A program made the translations under genes and the position numbers. A stretch of DNA of 43,143 nucleotides, from IMG/VR virus record IMGVR_UViG_3300038315_001592, positions 1 to 43,143 of that record; one strand, 5' to 3'. The first letter of the stretch is position 1, and each line of letters starts with the position of its first letter. The notes beneath the pieces are model-generated. The model saw nothing but the letters and a program-made list of their open reading frames with translations. It had not been told where the DNA came from and did not search any database. Positions 28,628-37,728 of the stretch are shown one piece after another. The DNA comes from a virus (lineage: Duplodnaviria; Caudoviricetes).

Positions 28628-29865
28628 AGACTTCTCCCTCCTAACCTTTTCTGGATTAGTTCAACTGCCTCAGGGGAATGCTCAATTCCTATCCAGTTCC
28701 GAGTCAGCCCTCTAGCTGACTCTCCGCTGCTCCCTGAACCTGCAAAGGGATCTAGGATAGTCTCCAATGGAACAGTACTCCGCTCAATCAAGAAATCATA
28801 CAGTTCAATCGGCTTCTCTGCAGGGTGGATTTTAGCCTGGACTGTCGGAAATTCATTAATAGCGTCTAGAGGCTTGTTTAGGCTTCTTTGCTTGGAAAAA
28901 TTCCAACACATAAAGAAAGGTTCATAATTCACGGTGATTCTCTCAAAAGGCTGAAAATTATGATTCCCAGTTTTCTTCCAGAGAGCAGGCACTGGCTGGT
29001 ATCCTCCTAGAGTTTCTCTGATTATATCCTCTACTTCTCGGTAATTACTCGTCGAGAAGAAAATCCAACAGTAATGCCCAGTCTTGAGGACTCTTTTAGC
29101 TTCTATGAGGACACACCTAAGGATCATCAGAGCGTCTTCCTTTGAGTCAGAGAACCCTCCGTAGATCTCTGAATATTTCTGAACCCAGTGGTCTCTCTCT
29201 GGCAGAGAAGTCCCAAAAGGAGGATCAACTAACATGAGATCAATTGAAGAGTCTTCTAACTTACGCATCTCCTCTACTGAGTCTCCTAGAATAATTCTCT
29301 GGCTGGACTCTCCTCCGCTGATTATCTTAGCAGATTCTATTCTCCTGTGAGATTCTTCTTTTTTTCTGATTCTACTAACAACTATACTCTTATCTTTTTC
29401 TTTGAGGAGACTAGGATCAGCTCGGACTCCCTTAGCTAATTTCAGATCCAAATACAGCTGAGCCGGCTTGAGTCCTATGAGATCAGCTGACTTTTCTACA
29501 TTCCAGGATTCTCCTTTTTCTCTAGCTAGGTCCATTCCAATTAGATGAATCTTTTCTCGGAGACCTATTTCCTCTTCCCAAGTGAAATCATCCCGTTCAG
29601 TGTTCTCTTCGAGCTCCAATGAGAGCCTCTCAATAGTGCTCAGCTCACCTCTCTGGATTCTATAATGAACTCCCTCGATTAGATCAACCACTCCTAGGAG
29701 AATCAACGCAGATAGTCTTCTTCCTCCAGCGATGAGGCGTCTATCTTCTCCTATTAGAATCGGATGAATGAGCCCTCTCTGACTGATACTCTTAACTAGG
29801 CTTTCAACTTCTAAGCCCTCACTTTTTCTGCTTCTGCCTTCCACTTTCACTTCTGTTATTTTCAT
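28624..29865 (-). CDS. ParB-N domain fused to beta-class N6A/N4C DNA methyltransferase
   Basis: GLIHPI...LIAGGRRL, ELEENTERDDF (ParB); LVDPPFG, HPAEKP, ILDPFAGSGS, WIGIE (MTase). Confidence 0.9.
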   Translation of the reverse strand: MKITEVKVEGRSRKSEGLEVESLVKSISQRGLIHPILIGEDRRLIAGGRRLSALILLGVVDLIEGVHYRIQRGELSTIERLSLELEENTERDDFTWEEEIGLREKIHLIGMDLAREKGESWNVEKSADLIGLKPAQLYLDLKLAKGVRADPSLLKEKDKSIVVSRIRKKEESHRRIESAKIISGGESSQRIILGDSVEEMRKLEDSSIDLMLVDPPFGTSLPERDHWVQKYSEIYGGFSDSKEDALMILRCVLIEAKRVLKTGHYCWIFFSTSNYREVEDIIRETLGGYQPVPALWKKTGNHNFQPFERITVNYEPFFMCWNFSKQRSLNKPLDAINEFPTVQAKIHPAEKPIELYDFLIERSTVPLETILDPFAGSGSSGESARGLTRNWIGIEHSPEAVELIQKRLGGRSL

Positions 29866-29879
29866 TCAGCTCCTTGTTG

Positions 29880-29910
29880 TGTATCAATTATGATCAGTGA
29901 AATATGTACA
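29880..29910 (-). promoter_or_regulatory. 31-bp palindromic motif copy 3
   Basis: Minus strand TGTACA-tatttcactgatcataatt-GATACA, just upstream of the AAGGAG RBS of the ParB-MTase. Confidence 0.7.
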
Positions 29911-29939
29911 TAGCTTGTAGCTATGCTTAGTTGATTGAC

Positions 29940-31253
29940 TCAGATGAAGCTAAAAAATTTCCCTAGCCAATATTGAAATATCCAGCTTAGCGGGGAGAAT
30001 TCTTTGAATGGCTGATCCCAGCCTTCAGAGAGTCTACGGCTATTTTCTTTAGGGTCGAATACGTCTAAGAATCTATCTTGAATGGGAACAGGCTCATGGA
30101 ATAACCAGCGTTGAGGGACTGAGCCATGACCGTTGATAGGCCATTTTCTATATCTGACTTCAAGATAGATCTTGTCCATTTTCTTAGGATGAAGATCGAT
30201 AGGGTAGTCTTGAAAATATTCATCATCTTTCACTCCAATAATATCTCGTATTGTGCAACTATCATATGCAGAGAAGTCCCAAGTTATTTTCTCTGTTACA
30301 TAAGCAAAAAACGGAACTTGATTAGACTTCACTAACTTCCAGCAATTTTGAACTGCTGGTTTTAGGAATGGTGCTTCAGGGTCAGAGAAATGGATGCTCA
30401 GGAAGGCTATAAACGCCATCGCATTGTCTGAATGATTAGTTTTCCCAAGCCACTTGACTACCCAATCCCACCATGCTGACTGTGCTTTCTTGGCTTGAGT
30501 GTCGTAGCCTTGGGAGATTAACTTTTCATAGTAATTCTCATATTTTTTATGATACAGAAGATCGCCAGCTTCATCCTCATCTCCTGCATATTCAAATACA
30601 GGCTTCGTAACTCTCTTACTTAAAGAAAACACAGCCAGACCAATGAAGCAGTTAAGAGGATTAAAGCCGAGCCTTTTTCGTAAGTCTCCATGTCGTGTCC
30701 TGCTTCCACTAATATCCAATATTTGCATATCATTAGCAATGAGATGGTCAGCGATAGCAGTAATCCTTTTTCTAATTCCATCACGAATTTTCTTATTGTC
30801 TATGAGTTCATATCCAACTGAATAGCCCATGACTAAGCTAATTAACTGGTCTGTGCTGATGTCTCCTTTCCAAAGTAAATGTAATTTTTTATTATAATGC
30901 CAATTTTCAGCTAAAAATTCTGTTGGATCATTTGCTGTTTCACATTCTTTAACTCCCCTCGCCACCAGTCCAGGAACTCCTGTGACATCTTGAAGCAAGA
31001 ATAAGCCACGGATGAGTTTGATTGCTGTGGCTTTAGCTTCTATGACATCCATACATGAAACGCCATGCTCAGTATCTCTACAATAAGCATACTTCATGCA
31101 ATAAGCAGCCGCAGCAAGCCCACTCACATAGCATTGATCATCCCAAGTAGAACACTTTCCATGCTCAAGGCTGCCATAAAACAAGTCTTCCGGTGAGATG
31201 AATCTATCGAGGATTGCTTTATTGAAGAATTCTTCTTTTTCAGTTATTTTCAT
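29940..31253 (-). CDS. 437-aa uncharacterised enzyme-like helical (alpha/alpha barrel-like) protein
   Basis: DDQCYVSG, VTGVPGLVARG, WKGDISTDQ, TRHG motifs; aromatic-rich. Confidence 0.7.
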   Translation of the reverse strand: MKITEKEEFFNKAILDRFISPEDLFYGSLEHGKCSTWDDQCYVSGLAAAAYCMKYAYCRDTEHGVSCMDVIEAKATAIKLIRGLFLLQDVTGVPGLVARGVKECETANDPTEFLAENWHYNKKLHLLWKGDISTDQLISLVMGYSVGYELIDNKKIRDGIRKRITAIADHLIANDMQILDISGSRTRHGDLRKRLGFNPLNCFIGLAVFSLSKRVTKPVFEYAGDEDEAGDLLYHKKYENYYEKLISQGYDTQAKKAQSAWWDWVVKWLGKTNHSDNAMAFIAFLSIHFSDPEAPFLKPAVQNCWKLVKSNQVPFFAYVTEKITWDFSAYDSCTIRDIIGVKDDEYFQDYPIDLHPKKMDKIYLEVRYRKWPINGHGSVPQRWLFHEPVPIQDRFLDVFDPKENSRRLSEGWDQPFKEFSPLSWIFQYWLGKFFSFI

Positions 31254-31338
31254 TTATTCTCCTTTAGTCTGGCAGAACTTCTTCGCCATTTTTATATTCT
31301 CCATGTATTATAAATTTCATGTCTTATCCTTTTAGTCA

Positions 31339-31520
31339 GGAGAGCAGGAGTTAGTGAGGAACTTAACCTCTCCTTCTCCACTTCCACTTTCATGGCTGGA
31401 CAACTAACTCCACTCTCCCTAATGATGCCCCTGTCCTTGCAAGATAAGAGGATATGAACCCCCAACAGGGAAGCCCAAGCGGTCTGACTCCGCTACATCG
31501 CCATTGAGCCGACTGCATCA
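31339..31520 (-). ncRNA. Candidate structured RNA(s)
   Basis: Nested stems TGATGC/GCATCA, GGCTCAA/TTGGGCT, AGCGG/CCGCT, CCCTGT/ACAGGG and GGAGAG..GGAGTTAGT/ACTAACTCC..CTCTCC. Confidence 0.45.
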
Positions 31521-31536
31521 CTTACGCTTAGTTCCT

Positions 31537-31917
31537 CTAGTAAACGAAACTTCTTACATTAGGAAAGTCCTCGGGGGATTTCTGAGTTACATTAGCCTTG
31601 GCTGTTTTGTTGAAAACTTGAGAAGCACAGTCATCAGTGTCGACTTCAGAGCCTTCCCAGGAATATCCATAGGCTCTAGCTATTCTCGTGAAGAAAATTG
31701 AGTCTATTTTAGCGTGATAGTTAATTTTTCGACCGTTAAAAATTGGATTAGACGAGTTGACAATTTCTAGCTTGAAGATCATCTTAGGATCTCCAGCTTG
31801 GGTTTCAGCAGATTCAGGGAGCTCGGTGATCTGGAGGTCAAACTGCCCATTCATAGGGATTTTGCTATCTTCGTCTTCCTGGCATGCTTCTGTGTAATTT
31901 TTAGCACTTGCTTTCAT
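31537..31917 (-). CDS. Putative single-stranded DNA-binding protein (DUF669-like)
   Basis: IPMNGQFDLQI...GDPKMIFKLEIV...FNGRKI; near Sak4-like gene. Confidence 0.6.
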   Translation of the reverse strand: MKASAKNYTEACQEDEDSKIPMNGQFDLQITELPESAETQAGDPKMIFKLEIVNSSNPIFNGRKINYHAKIDSIFFTRIARAYGYSWEGSEVDTDDCASQVFNKTAKANVTQKSPEDFPNVRSFVY

Positions 31918-31996
31918 AGTGATTCTTCTCCTTTCTAGAGAATAGAATTAAATTAAATTAAATTAGATAATACTACTAGCTTACTTCACCTCCCTT

Positions 31997-32731
31997 CTAT
32001 TTGAAAAAATCAACTGATGCATTTTTGTATTTACCTTTGTGATAGACGTCCTCGAAATCTCTGAGATATTCTCTGTCTTTCATGTGAGATAAAAGCCTAT
32101 GAGAATTCTTTTTGAGCTGAAAGAACAAATGATCTTTATTTATTAGCTTGTTCTTTATACATCTAATCATAGCTCTAATGAATCTAGTCTGATGGTAGTG
32201 ACTAAAATATCCCTGGAGGGTTCCGATTAGCTTAGCTCGTTTCTCTGCTGCGTCTAACGAGAAGTTCTGAGGTTTTCCTTCCTTGATGGCTGCCATGTGA
32301 CTAGTGTGACTAGTAGTATTATAAGCTATGTTAATAGCAGCTGTAGCTTTGATGTTATATTTGTCCATTAGGAATTGCAGATTATTGTAACGGATTCCAA
32401 ACTTTCCATTTTTAGTTACAGCGTGAAAGTGAATATAATTATCAGGAGCCCAATTACGGACAGCCACGTTAAGTGCAGCTATGTGAGATTCATCTAGGTC
32501 TTTGTAGACTATATAATAAATGTCAATTCCTAGTTCTCTAGCAGCGGCTAGGCGGTGCTGACCGTCGAGGACGTAGAAATCTTCAGTTACAAAGATGGGT
32601 TTCTTTTCTAGAAAATTGCCTAGGGTTGTTATATTAGTCATGATATCCTGAACGTGTTTCCTTTTTACAGGAGCGTTACTCTCGAAGAGTTTAAACTTAT
32701 CGTAGTCTCTTGTTTTTTCTGGAGTTTTCAT
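31997..32731 (-). CDS. ParB/Srx-like N-terminal domain protein
   Basis: PIFV...VLDGQHRLAAARELG. Confidence 0.85.
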   Translation of the reverse strand: MKTPEKTRDYDKFKLFESNAPVKRKHVQDIMTNITTLGNFLEKKPIFVTEDFYVLDGQHRLAAARELGIDIYYIVYKDLDESHIAALNVAVRNWAPDNYIHFHAVTKNGKFGIRYNNLQFLMDKYNIKATAAINIAYNTTSHTSHMAAIKEGKPQNFSLDAAEKRAKLIGTLQGYFSHYHQTRFIRAMIRCIKNKLINKDHLFFQLKKNSHRLLSHMKDREYLRDFEDVYHKGKYKNASVDFFK

Positions 32732-33585
32732 TAAATTTTCACCTCCTTTGCAGTGGACTCAGCCAGAGCCCAAAGAGCCTGATTGAGATTTACGCTGGAG
32801 CTGATGGATTTTATTTTTCTAGTTATTCCTCCCCTGAGATTACCGTTAGAATCCAGTCTGTGCCTATAGGCTCCTCCATTGAGGATCTTTTCTTGGACTC
32901 TATTGAATACTTTCCAGAGAGAGGATCCCTCATCAGCTGGGCGATTAGGCTTCAGGAGAGCTTGGATGTATTCTAGGTTGTAACGATCGTCCATTTTGGG
33001 TTCTTCTAGGAATCTAAGCTGAGCTGCTTTTCGACTAAAGGCTTCCTGTTCAGCTGGAGTGAGTTGGATGCTATTCATTTCACTTATTCGAGTCTCCAAT
33101 AACGGAAGAGCGCTCACTACTTTTCCTATAGCCCTAAATACTTCTTCTTCGTCTAGGCTTCGGTGTTTTACTTCAATAGCAGGAAAAGTTCCATGAGAGA
33201 CTGTCATCTGATTGTCACAGACGCACCTAAGGGCTCCTAAGAGGAATTTGTATCTACAGCTTCCATCGTGACTATTATACATAACTGCTTGTCCTCTCAC
33301 TTCTCCTTCTTTCATGATAGAATCATGATCTGGAGAGTTGAATCTGACTACGTGTTTCTGGAATCCGTTGTTTTCTAGATTTCTGACTCCAATTCCTTCA
33401 GCGCTAGCTACGAACCAACCAGCTGATTCTACCATAGTGATTACTCTACAAGTAGACAAGAATGAATATTCTTCGCTGAGAGAACTCTTAGGACTAGTCT
33501 GATTGATAAACTTCAGCTTATTTAATTTTTCTTGGGATAATCTCATTCTATTTTCCTTTCTGGAGAGGAGTCTCTCCAACATCAA
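32731..33585 (-). CDS. DUF932-family protein (likely start 33546)
   Basis: NSHDGS...GALRCVCDNQM...H, SLWKVFNRVQE, LNQALW. Confidence 0.88.
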   Translation of the reverse strand: MMLERLLSRKENRMRLSQEKLNKLKFINQTSPKSSLSEEYSFLSTCRVITMVESAGWFVASAEGIGVRNLENNGFQKHVVRFNSPDHDSIMKEGEVRGQAVMYNSHDGSCRYKFLLGALRCVCDNQMTVSHGTFPAIEVKHRSLDEEEVFRAIGKVVSALPLLETRISEMNSIQLTPAEQEAFSRKAAQLRFLEEPKMDDRYNLEYIQALLKPNRPADEGSSLWKVFNRVQEKILNGGAYRHRLDSNGNLRGGITRKIKSISSSVNLNQALWALAESTAKEVKI

Positions 33586-34300
33586 TTATTAGATTAGCGT
33601 ATTTGCTAGATTCTATTATCTTAGAATAGCTTGGGTCTAGGATTTCATTCTTATGTTCTGGGAGTATGATGAGACTCTTAGCGGAGAAGATTTCATCGCC
33701 TATGGATTTCAGTTTGAATACTCCCTTCCCATTTAGTGAATCATTAAACATCATCCAGTTTTCTTGGAAGAGTCCCCCTATTTGCTGAGCTAGCTTTCCG
33801 GTTACTAAGGGGAGAGCACGCCATTTTCCAGTGACCTCGTTTTTGTCTATGTTAATGTGACAAGTGAGGACGACATTCTTGCCTGTTCTCTTGAGTCTCA
33901 TGATTGTCTGCTTGATGTAGCTCATTTGAGTGAGATAATCATGCTGATTAGGGACTTTCCCGTAACTCTTACTTCTAATTTGAATATTAGTCATGAGCAT
34001 ATGAGAGAATGTGCTCAGAGAGTCTAGGACTATAGTCTTACACCAAGGGTCTCTAGATGCTATCTCCATTCCCGCTTCGTATTCTTGCATGAAGAGAGCT
34101 TCTGAGATGTCGCAGAGTCTAATGCTCTTAGCATGGCTGTCGGCTACCCCTTGGAGGTTGTCGTCACAGTCCAAGAAAATCGGGGCAGGGAAGGTGCTTC
34201 CTAGGGTAGTTTTTCCGCTGCCCGATTCTCCTTGAACTAGGGCGACTATGCGGAAATCTTCCTTTAAGTCTGATTTTAGGGATTTAATTTCTAGGGTCAT
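33548..34300 (-). CDS. Sak4-like AAA_24 ATPase (single-strand annealing recombinase)
   Basis: GESGSGKTT, FLDCD, TIVLDSLS, NVVLTCH. Confidence 0.85.
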   Translation of the reverse strand: MTLEIKSLKSDLKEDFRIVALVQGESGSGKTTLGSTFPAPIFLDCDDNLQGVADSHAKSIRLCDISEALFMQEYEAGMEIASRDPWCKTIVLDSLSTFSHMLMTNIQIRSKSYGKVPNQHDYLTQMSYIKQTIMRLKRTGKNVVLTCHINIDKNEVTGKWRALPLVTGKLAQQIGGLFQENWMMFNDSLNGKGVFKLKSIGDEIFSAKSLIILPEHKNEILDPSYSKIIESSKYANLIIDVGETPLQKGK

Positions 34301-34539
34301 GAATTCTTTTCCTTTCTAGGGAATAACATTGGAACAGAGTCTCCAGCTGAGTTGACTCCGTAGATTTGATCTAGTAGTTCCTGGATTTCTACTTTTCCGT
34401 AGTGAGTATAGGTAATAGCTCCGTCTATTTTGGAATATTTCTTAGCTCTTTTTTCTTTGTCGGAGTAATCTCCAGTGAACTCTTCTAGTTGAGAATACGC
34501 CAACTGAACTGCTTCAGATCTAGATAATCTAGCTTGCAT
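34297..34539 (-). CDS. Hypothetical protein
   Basis: GGAGG RBS. Confidence 0.55.
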   Translation of the reverse strand: MQARLSRSEAVQLAYSQLEEFTGDYSDKEKRAKKYSKIDGAITYTHYGKVEIQELLDQIYGVNSAGDSVPMLFPRKEKNS

Positions 34540-34867
34540 TATATGATTTCACCTCCTTCCTCCCTTCCTCCGAGAGTCGGAGTAATCTCCAGTGAACTCT
34601 TCTAGCTACTCTAGCTGACCTGACTTCTTCGTAGAGATTAAGCAGATCTGTGAAAGCGTAGGACATCTTGGAGAGTTTAAAATTTAGACTATTCCTAGCT
34701 TCAGGATCCATTTTCATTGAGCTAAGTTCCCCCTTGAGACCTCCCATTAGAGCCCTAGCTCCTAGGATTCTTCGGAGGAGATCATTCTCCTTGAGAGCTT
34801 CGAGTTGAGCTGGAGTCCTAGGCGAGGAATTTCCTTTTCTTTTTCTTTTTTTAATGGTTTTTTTCAT
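34529..34867 (-). CDS. Hypothetical protein
   Basis: Overlapping start/stop in operon. Confidence 0.55.
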   Translation of the reverse strand: MKKTIKKRKRKGNSSPRTPAQLEALKENDLLRRILGARALMGGLKGELSSMKMDPEARNSLNFKLSKMSYAFTDLLNLYEEVRSARVARRVHWRLLRLSEEGRKEVKSYNAS

Positions 34868-35738
34868 TTAGATTAGATTCTCCTTTCTCAGGGTTCCAGG
34901 TGCGGAGTTCATAATCGTGAGTTAGATCAATTTCTTCGTGGATTCGTCTGTAGTCCACGCCCAATTCACACAAGAACAAAAACGGACAACTTCCATAATC
35001 CTTGCAGCTGTTCGTGTCTTTTGGGAAGTAATCTTGATTTATACAAGACTCTAGGACTCCCAGAAAATGAGTTAGATCTCTATTCCAGTCTTCGATGATT
35101 TCATCTGTAATAGAAACTGGTTCGTATTGAATGCTAATAGTCTCGTATTGGTCTTCCTTAGCTCTACCTTTTCGGAAATACAAGAAGTCAAAAGCTGCTC
35201 TGTTGACTTGTCTTCCAGTTGATCTGATCAGAGCTGCGTATCCTACTATTTGAGCGTTGGGATTAGTGCAGATTCTGCCTTTTACGCTAGAACTCTTGAT
35301 ATCTACTGGCATGGCTGCTTCAGAATTATCTGAGTCGACTATCACTCGATCTACTTTTCCGTAGTATTTCCAAGTTGAGATCCCAGAGTCTACTTCCATC
35401 GAATAACTAGCTTCAGTGGAGATGATATTCTCAGCCACTGGGATTCCATTTTGATCTACGTATTTCTTGAGAATTAGAATTCCCTTGACCATTGTGCGTA
35501 GGCTTTTCGGGCAGAGTCCCTCGAATTTATTCCAATGAGAAATAAATCCTTGGTTCATCTGCTGAGTGCTTCTAGTTTTGTAGAGCTGCTCCAATCCTAC
35601 GTGGATGCCTATTCCGAATTCAGCGGCTAGCCTATTCTCTATTCCTTTTGGGCTTAGCTGCTTTATTTGATTCCAGTAGAACTTTCTTGGGCAGTCTTTG
35701 AACTGGCTGTACATTGTGTGGTCTATTGACTTTTTCAG
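34851..35738 (-). CDS. PD-(D/E)XK exonuclease (AddB/Cas4-like, Fe-S staple); probable CTG start
   Basis: CPRKF, G...H, YGKVDR, VDIKS, QIVGY, C.....CPF...C. Confidence 0.85.
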   Translation of the reverse strand: MKKSIDHTMYSQFKDCPRKFYWNQIKQLSPKGIENRLAAEFGIGIHVGLEQLYKTRSTQQMNQGFISHWNKFEGLCPKSLRTMVKGILILKKYVDQNGIPVAENIISTEASYSMEVDSGISTWKYYGKVDRVIVDSDNSEAAMPVDIKSSSVKGRICTNPNAQIVGYAALIRSTGRQVNRAAFDFLYFRKGRAKEDQYETISIQYEPVSITDEIIEDWNRDLTHFLGVLESCINQDYFPKDTNSCKDYGSCPFLFLCELGVDYRRIHEEIDLTHDYELRTWNPEKGESNLNEKNH

Positions 35739-35970
35739 CTGAGTTCACCTCCCTTCCTTTTAGGATTATTAGAATATCCAACAATAACAATGAATCCACT
35801 GAGTGTGAGTAGATTTCTCCTCCGTCTGGGAAGGTGATCTGAATTCTCCCATGAGAATTGGACTTGACCTTCGAGGATTCTACTGATCTGAGTGGGATTT
35901 CTTCACTACACTTAGGGCAGATTCGTCCATCAGCAGGAAATTCGAATCCGCAGAATCGACAGACTTTCAT
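35632..35970 (-). CDS. Double zinc-ribbon protein
   Basis: CRFCG...CPKC. Confidence 0.65.
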   Translation of the reverse strand: MKVCRFCGFEFPADGRICPKCSEEIPLRSVESSKVKSNSHGRIQITFPDGGEIYSHSVDSLLLLDILIILKGREVNSAEKVNRPHNVQPVQRLPKKVLLESNKAAKPKRNRE

Positions 35971-36179
35971 AGGCTGATCTCCCCTCCTTTAAAAAGTTCA
36001 TCTGACGGAATCCCCAGGATTTCAGATAATTTCTGTTTTTCATTTTCAGTGGGAGAAAAGAGTCCCGTTGACAATCTACTGAGTCTTGTTTCGTTGATGT
36101 TAGTTCTTAGGGCTATCCTGTACATTGGCTCTGGTGCGTCTACTAGAGCCAATTTTAATCTGGTTATTATCTTTTTCAA
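35967..36179 (-). CDS. XRE-type HTH transcriptional regulator
   Basis: YRIA..TNINETRLSRLSTG...P...KLSEILGI...ELF. Confidence 0.85.
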   Translation of the reverse strand: MKKIITRLKLALVDAPEPMYRIALRTNINETRLSRLSTGLFSPTENEKQKLSEILGIPSDELFKGGEISL

Positions 36180-36221
36180 ATTAGCTTACCTTCCTTTCTG
36201 AATGAGCTGATTTCTTTAAAA

Positions 36222-36358
36222 GGGAGAGTCCTATTAGAGGTAGTTATTCATGAGTCACTCACAGCTGGGGTAACAGAACTATGAACAACTATTAACTGAA
36301 AAACTTTCCCTCTGGCAGAAGTACGAGCTGAGCTCCTTCTTCTACTAAGGACTCTCCC
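36222..36358 (-). ncRNA. Candidate structured RNA / processing element
   Basis: Closing stem GGGAGAGTCCT/AGGACTCTCCC, inner stem TAGTTGTTCAT/ATGAATAACTA, followed by TTTT on the minus strand. Confidence 0.5.
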
Positions 36359-36372
36359 AAAAGTTTAGAACA

Positions 36373-36690
36373 CTAGCTTGGGCTGTAGCCAGTACTCTTA
36401 GTCGCCATTGCCTCGGCTTGTTCTCTAGAAATTCCACCAGCTTCCATTACTCCTACCATTTTCTCGAATAGCTGCTGAGCCTTGGTGGATTTGCCCGAGC
36501 CTCTGAGCTGAGCCTTGTATCGCCTGCTTAGAGTTTCATTAATGGCAGCTAGTACAGAGCTCTCGTCTCCCAAGAGACTTTCTGCTTCGGAGTAATCCTC
36601 AGGATAATTGAAAACTCCCTCGAATTCCTTTTTGGATTCTCCACTTCCAGATGATGCTTTTTCAGTTACTTCACGCATAGAATGATTCAC
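36373..36690 (-). CDS. Hypothetical protein
   Basis: AGGAGG RBS (start likely 36678). Confidence 0.65.
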   Translation of the reverse strand: MNHSMREVTEKASSGSGESKKEFEGVFNYPEDYSEAESLLGDESSVLAAINETLSRRYKAQLRGSGKSTKAQQLFEKMVGVMEAGGISREQAEAMATKSTGYSPS

Positions 36691-36723
36691 CTCCTTTCTT
36701 TTTTAGAATTGTGCTACTAGCTT

Positions 36724-36978
36724 TTAGCTTTCTGCTAGTGTCTCGGATCTCTCTATGAAACTGAATTCTCCAGTGAATCTGTGGACACTTCGGATGTCTA
36801 GTTTTTCGAAAGGAATGTATTCTACTTTTCCGCTGATAGGATCTCTAGTTTTGATGACTAGTTGGCTTCTAAGGAGACTATTGTGAATCCAGTAGATTCC
36901 TTCTATTTTGAGTTCGTCTAGTTCATCTGAGCTTCTAAGGAATGCCTTTTCTATGATCGTCCATTTGTCTATTTTCAT
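36724..36978 (-). CDS. Hypothetical protein
   Basis: RBS, operon. Confidence 0.55.
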   Translation of the reverse strand: MKIDKWTIIEKAFLRSSDELDELKIEGIYWIHNSLLRSQLVIKTRDPISGKVEYIPFEKLDIRSVHRFTGEFSFIERSETLAES

Positions 36979-36987
36979 AAGATTCTC

Positions 36988-37185
36988 CTAGCTATTATCC
37001 CTCATATAGTCTGATATAATTTCATAAATCTTTTCTGCTATAGCTGCCTCTTCTGTGCTAGCTCCTGCATGTCTATAGGTCCTCCACCAATGAACTCCTA
37101 GTATGTTTTTTAGAGCCATCATCTCTGTATCCTCTAGAGTTAATTTGTATTCATATTTCTGTATTTCAATTCTTTCTATTTTCAT
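36988..37185 (-). CDS. Hypothetical protein
   Basis: AGGAGG RBS. Confidence 0.6.
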   Translation of the reverse strand: MKIERIEIQKYEYKLTLEDTEMMALKNILGVHWWRTYRHAGASTEEAAIAEKIYEIISDYMRDNS

Positions 37186-37203
37186 CTAGCTAACCTCCTT
37201 TTC

Positions 37204-37473
37204 TTATTCAAAAGTTTGGAATGTCGGGTATTCTTCATCAGGACCCATTCCTCTGATGATTTCATTGCATCTGTCACAGATTCTATTGTGAATTCCTTTA
37301 GAGGTAAATTCCCCCTCACAGCGGAGACAGAGTCTGCTTTCTATTTTTCGAGGAGGGATTCCAGCTGACTTCCTGGCTACTTCTATGTGACAATCTTCAC
37401 AGATTCCGTCTAAGTAAGTCATGATACTTTTAGTTTTATTACAATTTCTACAGATCATTTGAGAAGTGTTCAT
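37204..37473 (-). CDS. Multi-CxxC zinc-finger protein
   Basis: Four CxxC pairs; CLRC...F.S.G.HNRIC..C. Confidence 0.7.
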   Translation of the reverse strand: MNTSQMICRNCNKTKSIMTYLDGICEDCHIEVARKSAGIPPRKIESRLCLRCEGEFTSKGIHNRICDRCNEIIRGMGPDEEYPTFQTFE

Positions 37474-37488
37474 TTTTTCTCCTTTTGA

Positions 37489-37728
37489 TTAGATTATTCC
37501 ATCTAGCTCTACTATTCTACGCATCTCCTCTGGACTAAGTTTACAGAAAGCTTCTATTCGCTGCTCTAGACTAGGTCCTTTTTTCTTTTTTCTAGGAGAG
37601 GATTTCTTAGCTGACCTAGCCAACTTTTCAGCGATAATCCTATAGGCTTCAATGTGATTACCTTTGATGACCTTCTCTAAGGGGATTTTACTCTGGAGTC
37701 GAGGCATTGTAAAATTTCTCCTTGTCAA
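37489..37728 (-). CDS. Basic hypothetical protein (likely ATG start MPRLQ)
   Basis: AAGGAG upstream of internal ATG. Confidence 0.55.
   Translation of the reverse strand: MTRRNFTMPRLQSKIPLEKVIKGNHIEAYRIIAEKLARSAKKSSPRKKKKGPSLEQRIEAFCKLSPEEMRRIVELDGII

Noticed and set aside
31423-31520. tRNA-Sec or UGA suppressor (7-nt loop AG-TCA-GA, T-loop-like arm)
   Set aside because: No proper acceptor stem or CCA, no U33, and the D-stem does not pair; kept only as a structured RNA candidate
28624-32731. Plasmid-prophage partition system
   Set aside because: Two ParB-like domains but no ParA/ParM or Rep initiator recognised
34851-35738. Cas4 / CRISPR system
   Set aside because: No array or other cas genes; Sak4 and SSB context indicates a recombination exonuclease
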